A stretch of 57,989 nucleotides of DNA from Nemertoderma westbladi (Eukaryota > Animalia > Xenacoelomorpha): assembly GCA_032718475.1 (NCBI GenBank), contig JAUCBJ010006597.1, forward strand, positions 1 through 57,989, given 5' to 3'. This document shows, in pieces, positions 51,101 to 57,989 of the stretch. A model generated the notes under the pieces. The model saw only the letters and a program-made list of their open reading frames with translations, was not told where the DNA came from and made no database searches. The position numbers were made by a program, and so were the translations under genes. How positions within the stretch are numbered: position 1 is the stretch's first letter; each line of letters opens with the position of its first letter.

Positions 51101-51735
51101 CGTGTATCACACTGTTGTTCATTACGTCGTGTATCACACTGTTGTTCATTACGTCGTGTATCACACTGTTGTTAATTACGTCGTGTATGACACTGTTGTT
51201 CATTACGTCGTGTATCACACTGTTGTTCATTACGTCGTGTATCACACTGTTGTTCATTACGTCGTGTATCACACTGTTGTTCATTACGTCGTGTATCACA
51301 CTGTTGTTCATTACGTCGTGTATCACACTGTTGTTCATTACGTCGTGTATCACACTGTTGTTCATTACGTCGTGTATCACACTGTTGTTCATTTCGTGTG
51401 TCACACTGTTGTTAATTACGCGTATGACACTGTTGTTAATTACGCGTATCACACTGTTGTTCATTTCGTGTGTCACAATGCAGTTGATTACGTGTATCAC
51501 ACTGTTGTTCATTACGTCGTGTATCACACTGTTGTTCATTACGTCGTGTATCACACTGTTGTTCATTTCGTGTGTCACACTGTTGTTAATTACGCGTATC
51601 ACACTGTTGTTCATTACGTCGTGTATCACACTGTTGTTCATTACGTCGTGTATCACACTGTTGTTCATTACGTCGTGTATCACACTGTTGTTCATTACGT
51701 CGTGTATCACACTGTTGTTCATTACGTCGTGTATC
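45114..51735. repeat. 27-bp satellite array (~245 units, 6.6 kb)
   Basis: Unit CACACTGTTGTT(C/A)ATTACGTCGTGTAT, first base C or G; extremely homogeneous; degenerate 24-bp units near 51390-51600. Confidence 0.98.
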
Positions 51736-51928
51736 TACATCATCGTGTATACTATATCTAGGCTGTTTGTATTTTTATATTTACTCAGATATAAGTATAT
51801 TATATACATTGTTCTTTTCCACGTTATTTACTTATGTATGTACATTGTACATATAGGTTGTTATTGATAAATATTGTATATAGGAGAGAGTTGAGGATTC
51901 CAATAGGGCTGAAGCTTCAACTCAACCC

Positions 51929-52198
51929 ATGGATACTTCTGATGGAGGAGCCCCTAACCCTCCCATCTTCTCTCCTGCTGCTGGTGATGAGACATCCACC
52001 TCTGCCCCGTCCTCAGATCCTCTAACCTCGGAATGTTGGGAAGAATCCTTTTCTGCCCACAACTTTCTCTCCACGTTTACATTGCAACCTGGAGAGGAAA
52101 CCCCTCACTTTACCCCCAAGCGTCCAATGCCTTACGTGATTCCATCATGTGTTATTGGCGGACCAAGGGGCGTAATCCGAGGGGCACGTCCTGTAACA
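51929..52198 (+). CDS. Putative upstream coding exon of the Helitron-like OTU-Rep gene
   Basis: ATG at 51929, 90 codons (MDTSDGGAPNPP...GARPVT), then donor GTGAGT at 52199 (phase 0). The frame is also open back to an AG at 51882-51883, so a further upstream exon is possible. Confidence 0.6.
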
Positions 52199-52487
52199 GT
52201 GAGTTTAATTTATTTCTATATATATAATAAATATACTGTTGTCATATAGTTCCTATGTGTATCAGTGTATTAAATATAATCTAGACCAATTATATAGTTG
52301 TTTTTTAGATGTCATTGTTTTGTACTTGTATCTATACGTTGTATAGGTTGTCTACGGTTTTAATATTTATGTATCATTCATATGGAATGTTGATTAATTA
52401 GTTTATAGTTTTAAATTAAAGTCAGATTTGTACATAGATTTAAATAATTGTACTTCATTTTATATGGAATTTTTTTATTTTTTTTAG

Positions 52488-55400
52488 CCAACAGGATTTA
52501 ACCTTCAAGGTTCAATTAGACCCCCCTGGATTAGACCGGTAGTTTCTGGACCTCGGTTTACTGGTTATGATACTGCAAGGTCATCTGCAGTACCCGCCAC
52601 TGGAGGTGCACCACAACCCACTGCATCATCTGAAACGCCCAGATGCTCATCCTCAGAGAGGGTTTCATCAATGGCTATTCAGACTAATGCAGCAGCTTGG
52701 TTCCGTGTTGAAGCTGAAAAGCGCAATATGGAATTGGTGTGGGTACGTGGCGATGGAAATTGCATGTTTAATGCATTCCGTATTTCATCACAAGGAATTA
52801 CTGATTCCCCTCTGTTGATGAGAAAGAAAGTGCGGGACTATCTCCGGGAGCATTCTCAGGAATTTTCTGATAAGTATGCTCCTGGGCCATATGAACTGCC
52901 TTTTGTGGAATTTGTTGCCCAATTGATAAACCAATCACATGATGTGGTCTTTGGTAACTCCATTGTCCTGGAAGCACTTGGTAGGATTTATTCACGTTTA
53001 TTTGTGGTATTAACTACCGAGTTTGGCAACCACATGGAACGAGTTGGGGTGCCTGGAACGCAAGAAGTTCTGATTGGCCATGACCATGTTGGTGCACATT
53101 ATTATGCATTTAAGCCATTGCAGATATGTACCACCCACCAGGAGCCTGCTGCAAGTGCAAGTGCAATACCTATGCCTCCTCCACAACTGCCTACAAACAG
53201 TGCTTCAGCATCACCATGTGTTGAACAACAACCACCCCTTCAACCTCAACCAACAATATCCAACCCCCCTGCAGGAGAACGTGATGAACCAGATGATGAC
53301 ATGGATTGGTCAGAATTTGAAGAGGATGAAGAGGCTCTTCGATATGACTCAATCCGTAATGATCATTTGAATATTCCTGATGTTGACCTTTTGGAGGAAT
53401 TTGATGATGATGTGGTTGAGGAGGTTGTTGATGAGGTTGATGATGACAGTGATGATGAAGAAGCAATGGAAGTTGATAGTGATGTGGTTATTCTAGAGAA
53501 TGAAGAGGTCTGTGAGAATTGCAGGCGCATTAAGACTCCAGAACATCCTTTGGAGTTACGCAGTAGCAAGAAAGAGCTTAATCGGGAATATGGCTATCTC
53601 CTTCGTAATGGTAATAAGGAGTATGTGCTCTGTATTGACTGCTCCACCTATTTATCGAAGCGAAGGTCTTCTCATGGTTCTTGGGCTTTTGGCTGGCCTT
53701 CTTTCATCTATTCCTGTCTTGTGAACAGGGTTGTGGGTTGTAATCCAACCGCACTTCTTGATTTGCTGGCAGAGGAATTGAGGGACAGCTGGAAGCAAGT
53801 CATTTATGAACTTGATCTTCATCCTACGAAGACAGTAATTAAGGACTTTACCAAGGATCTCCGTGAGTATCAAGAAGAAATGGAGGAATTCGACTTAGGA
53901 AAGTTTACCAGGTTAATGAATGATGGCTGCTTTCCTAGTGTTGTATGTGGTATGGGATGTATCCAATACATTGAAGCATGCAAACCTATTCCATTCAATA
54001 ATTACTTGGCAAGCCATTTTCCGATTAAGCAGGTATTTCATGCTAAGCCAGATCATGTACGTTCCTTCAGGAATGATTGGCCTTATACATTTAAGGAGCT
54101 CGATTGGAAAGCGATGGCTGGTACGATTGTAACTTCGAAGAAGGGCTTGTGTATCTTGATATGCAAGAAGCACAAGACTACTAACAAGTTTATCTTCCAC
54201 CTCCCAAACAACCCAGTATCTCCCGATGACCCGATTATTCACCCAGAAATGTTTGCCATGGCTACTTTAACTCCTCATATAGTCCGTGGCCCTCGTGATG
54301 GTGTTTATTCGACTGGTTTCCATACTAGTAAGGTTGATGGAGGATATAATGGGTTGTCATCGTGTTACATCGAGCTTGACCCTGTTCACCATTACCTTCC
54401 TGAAGAAGCTGTCAGAGATGGAAAGTTGTACCATGCTGATTCTCTCACCTTAGAATGTCGTCCTGATGTGAGAGAATTCATGCGCCAAGGTCGACATCGC
54501 CATCTTGATCCTGGATATATTGATGATATCACTGAGTTTTATAAACCCCCAGAACAACACTTAATTCTGGAAGCCTTGGAAGGAGCTACGTATATGGATG
54601 TGTACGACTGCTACAAGCTTCACCAAAGAATTTTGAATAAGGGAACGGAAGAGAACGAAAGAGATCGGTTTTCTTTCAAAGATATATGTCTTGACGAAAT
54701 GCCAATCATGCAACCCTGCAATGATATTGGCAGAAGATCATGGCGCATTTACAATGAGTCATATATGTCTGACGGCCTTAGACTACAGATGCTGTCATTT
54801 TCAGTGATGCATTGCCGTGTGATGCATACTATCCTCCAGGCTGTAGAAATTAAGAATGACGCCCAAAAGGCTCTTCTTAAATATCTTAAGTATGGTGTAT
54901 ATGCTGCTCACTGCACAGCAAAGCAACGATCAATGTATGCCAATCATATCCTTGAAAGATTGGAGGAGGATTTTGATTTTGGTCTACATTGTGAAACTGT
55001 TGACAGCCAAGTAGCACTAATGCTGGAAGAACTTATTCCAGGTTGTTATGAGGTTAATAGGATTGATGATATCATTGATGATGACATTTATGTCCTTAGC
55101 AGACCACGTAATACTGGCAGAGGGGAGCCATTCCCTTTGGAGATAGGTGACCATTACCTGCATTCAGCCTTGACTATAAGAGATAATAAGTTATCCGGGA
55201 TTTTTCGTTGGAGTGATGATCACTCATTCCAGCATTTCCTCTGTGAGGAAAATAAACTGACACCACCTATGGTAGATGATCCCGAGCATGCAATTAAGAA
55301 GGCGCAACTTTACATCTATGTAAAGAAGGGTTGTTATAACCTAACTGAGATGCAGCGAGATAAATTTATTGCAAATTTTGCTGATCAAAGTAAGGTTAAA

Positions 55401-57989
55401 TGTTCCCAGCATAATACTTTACTCCGTAGAGAAAACTTTAAGGAGGATAATGGTATATGCGTTAAGTCGCACTCTGGCACTAATGTTAGTAAGAACATAC
55501 GCTGGCGTTGCCCTTATGGGTTTCCTCAGAATCAGTGTGAGGTTGGATTGTGTCTTAGTCACTGGAGAAACGAGATTGTTAAACCAGAAGCTGTGATACT
55601 TATCAATCCTTGTAATGAACATGTTCTTAATCGACATTCGAATGATCTACCAACAGGTGGTGATCGGGAAGGTGACAATGCCTCATCTGATGATGAGGAA
55701 GTGGAAGATCCTCTAGATAGGGCAAGCAGAATTTTTGGTGGTGATTTTCAAGCTGATGATGCTGCTAACCCTATGGAAGACTATGTGGTAGGGATCAATG
55801 ATGGTGATTACGATGACGATGAATATCCATTAGTAGGATTGGCCACTGGTGCCACTGTTCCTATTTATGATATTGGTAGGGTATCTGCCCATTGTCTGCT
55901 TAACAATCAGAATGGCCTCCAGATACTTAAACGTAGTCGTGGTTACGGGGGTAAAGGTTCAGCCCATGTTAATAAGGTGCTGTACCATATTGCCTCACGT
56001 ACACGTGGCATCCATTTGCCTCTTATGTACATTGAAGGACTCCTATTTCCAAGGAATTTCTGGTACATGAAGGCTAATGGAAGTGTTGTTGGTGCCATTC
56101 CATCGTTCTTGTATGGTCTACCATTCAATAGTCCTAATTATGGTATAGCATCTCTACGGGAACATATGCATATCAGGACATTTGATGAGAGGCTGTTTTC
56201 TTCCAAGGATCCAGCCTATCTTCATTTCATGTTTGATGTATATATGAACTCGGTTTTGAACTATAACTCTTCTCAGCTTGTTCTCCGTAAGGGATTTGAA
56301 CAAGTCTGCGAGGGAGAGGAGAGGCTTCAATCTGGTGCTTCAGATACCATATTACGTTTCGATGAAATGGAATCACGGCGTCGTGTGAGGGAGTTGTGTG
56401 CACTATTGCGGTATGGTTACTGGAATTATTTTTTCACAGCCACCTGTAATAACGCATATACTCCAGGAGTTTCGCCAGTGTATAATGCAGTTTTGAAGCT
56501 CTATGAGCATCTGGAAGGCAGAAAGCTGGCTTTAGCTATGGAGAAATATACAACCTTACTCACACGCTGTTGGAATCGTTTCACGGATCACCTTCACCAT
56601 TGGATTGAACGAGGTGTCGATAAACCATTTGGTGATGTGAAGTATTTATGGACAAGAATGGAGGCTCAAGACCAGGGATCCCCTGTAGCAAATATGCTAC
56701 ATATCCATGGTGGAATAACCCTCCACCCAGAGTCTATAGAGGAAACCACAGGGAGAATATGCTGCCAAACCATTGACTTGCTATCTCCTATGTTTGGGAC
56801 AGATCGTCCTGAATTGGTTCAACAAGGAATCATTGAGGATGATGAATGGTCTGAGCTATGCTGCCTTGGGCATCTGCAAACACACAACTGTGAACGTGCT
56901 GGCAGTCGGTGTCATAAGCGTATTGATGAGGCTGGAAATACGTTTTGCCGAATGCCTCGTCACCTAGCAAGTTTTGACTATGGCTTCACACCGAAGACAG
57001 ATATGTATAGCGATGAGGCCCTTGATGATTTTGAATCTATAGACCTTCTTCAAAGAAATGAGGATGGAACTCTTAGATTAGATGATCAGGGTAATCGATT
57101 GGCACATAGTAATCTTATCGGTGGTCGTCATACTTATCCCGCTGGTGGTCATGAGTTTGCTGTGCCGACAATACCTAAGTATTGGGTTGCTCTGAGATCA
57201 TCCACCAATGTACAGGCGTGTGATACAAGGTTCTGTACCTCGTATTGTGCCAAGTACTTGGGGGGTCCTGAAGAAAGGAGAGCAGTTAAAATCGATGGCA
57301 AAAAGAATATCTCCTCAGTAAAAGTCACCCATACTGAACAAGAAGGGTTAAAGATTTCAGGTGTTAATTACCTGAAGAAACAGGATGATAAGAAAGATTC
57401 CAATAAGAGTGGCATCAAATCTCGGGAGATGGGTTATCCAGAGATTCTTCATAATCTTCTTGGCTTCCCATACATCAGATCAAATGTGGACTTTGTCCAT
57501 GTTTCTACTCTGACTCCTGAGTACCGGCATGGCATTGTGAAACAACAAAGCAGAGATGTCAATATGGGTGTCCTCGAAGCTGTTCAAAAGCGATTAATGA
57601 TGCCTGGTTTACCGGAATGGCGAAACTTCACAAATAATCAAATACTTACTGTCAATGAGATGGGCAAGAGTGATTATATTTCTGATGGTTTAACTTCATT
57701 CAGTGTAAGAGCTCCTGAGCTACTAATCTTTGATAAGCTTGACACATTCTATGAATGCTTTTGTGTTGTAGGAAATGTCAAGAAATATCATATTGATTTG
57801 CAGCTGAAGAAGTGCTATTGGATTGATGCTAATAACCGTCAATGGAAGTTACGACCTTCAGGTATACCAATAGCTGTAGATTTTCTAACAAGAAAAGCTG
57901 CACATGGCAATATTATTGCTAGGCAGTTATTGGATGAGGTATTCTTACCTATATCCAGAGGACAACTCCATAAGAGATTTGTAAGTGGG
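52488..57989 (+). CDS. Helitron/Helentron-like transposase: OTU protease, Cys/His clusters, HUH Y2 Rep; 3'-incomplete
   Basis: After a polypyrimidine acceptor (TTTTTTTAG, 52487), 1,834 codons stay open to the window end (manual translation). OTU: VRGDGNCMFNAF (Cys 52761) and GAHYYAF (His 53097). Rep motif I YFFTATCN (56427), motif II RMEAQ...NMLHIHGG (HIH 56700), QTHNC..RC, motif III YCAKY (57243), then REMGYPEILHNLLGFP. Confidence 0.88.

Noticed and set aside
45114-51735. Possible CRISPR-like array
   Set aside because: Units are contiguous with no unique spacers, there are no cas genes, and the context is eukaryotic.
45084-51867. Three ~2,200-aa ORFs (MNNSVIHDV, ITSCITLLF and HTVVHYVVY repeats)
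   Set aside because: A 27-bp unit lacking stops in three frames gives these automatically; there is no synonymous variation, no unique domain, and they overlap on both strands.
52567-56967. Short ORFs listed in the track across 52.5-57 kb
   Set aside because: They are off-frame or antisense to the single long open frame starting at 52488.

Overview
AT-rich eukaryotic (probably marine invertebrate) genomic window dominated by repeats. It has two intronless host genes on the minus strand: a short Ig-domain type I membrane protein resembling a kinase-less PTK7/Off-track (1488-2543), and RBM15/Spenito (19739-22246; 3 RRMs plus SPOC). There are three multi-kb satellite arrays (21-bp at 11.5-18.4 kb, ~25-34-bp at 24.5-29.2 kb, 27-bp at 45.1-51.7 kb), several MITE/foldback elements, a tRNA-derived SINE and a nested CR1/RTE/RTE/DNA-transposon stack at 36.7-44.4 kb. 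The main feature is missing from the ORF track because it runs off the window end: a spliced plus-strand gene (51929-52198 joined to 52488->57989, at least 1,924 codons, no stops in my manual translation). It encodes an OTU cysteine protease, about 1,100 aa containing Cys/His clusters I cannot assign, and a Y2 HUH Rep domain, i.e. a large, apparently intact Helitron/Helentron-like element directly downstream of a 6.6-kb array. A bipartite motif, GGTTAC-N15/16-AACCAAAACAATAAA, also recurs about 10 times in different repeat contexts. All calls come from reading the sequence by eye; no database searches were run.
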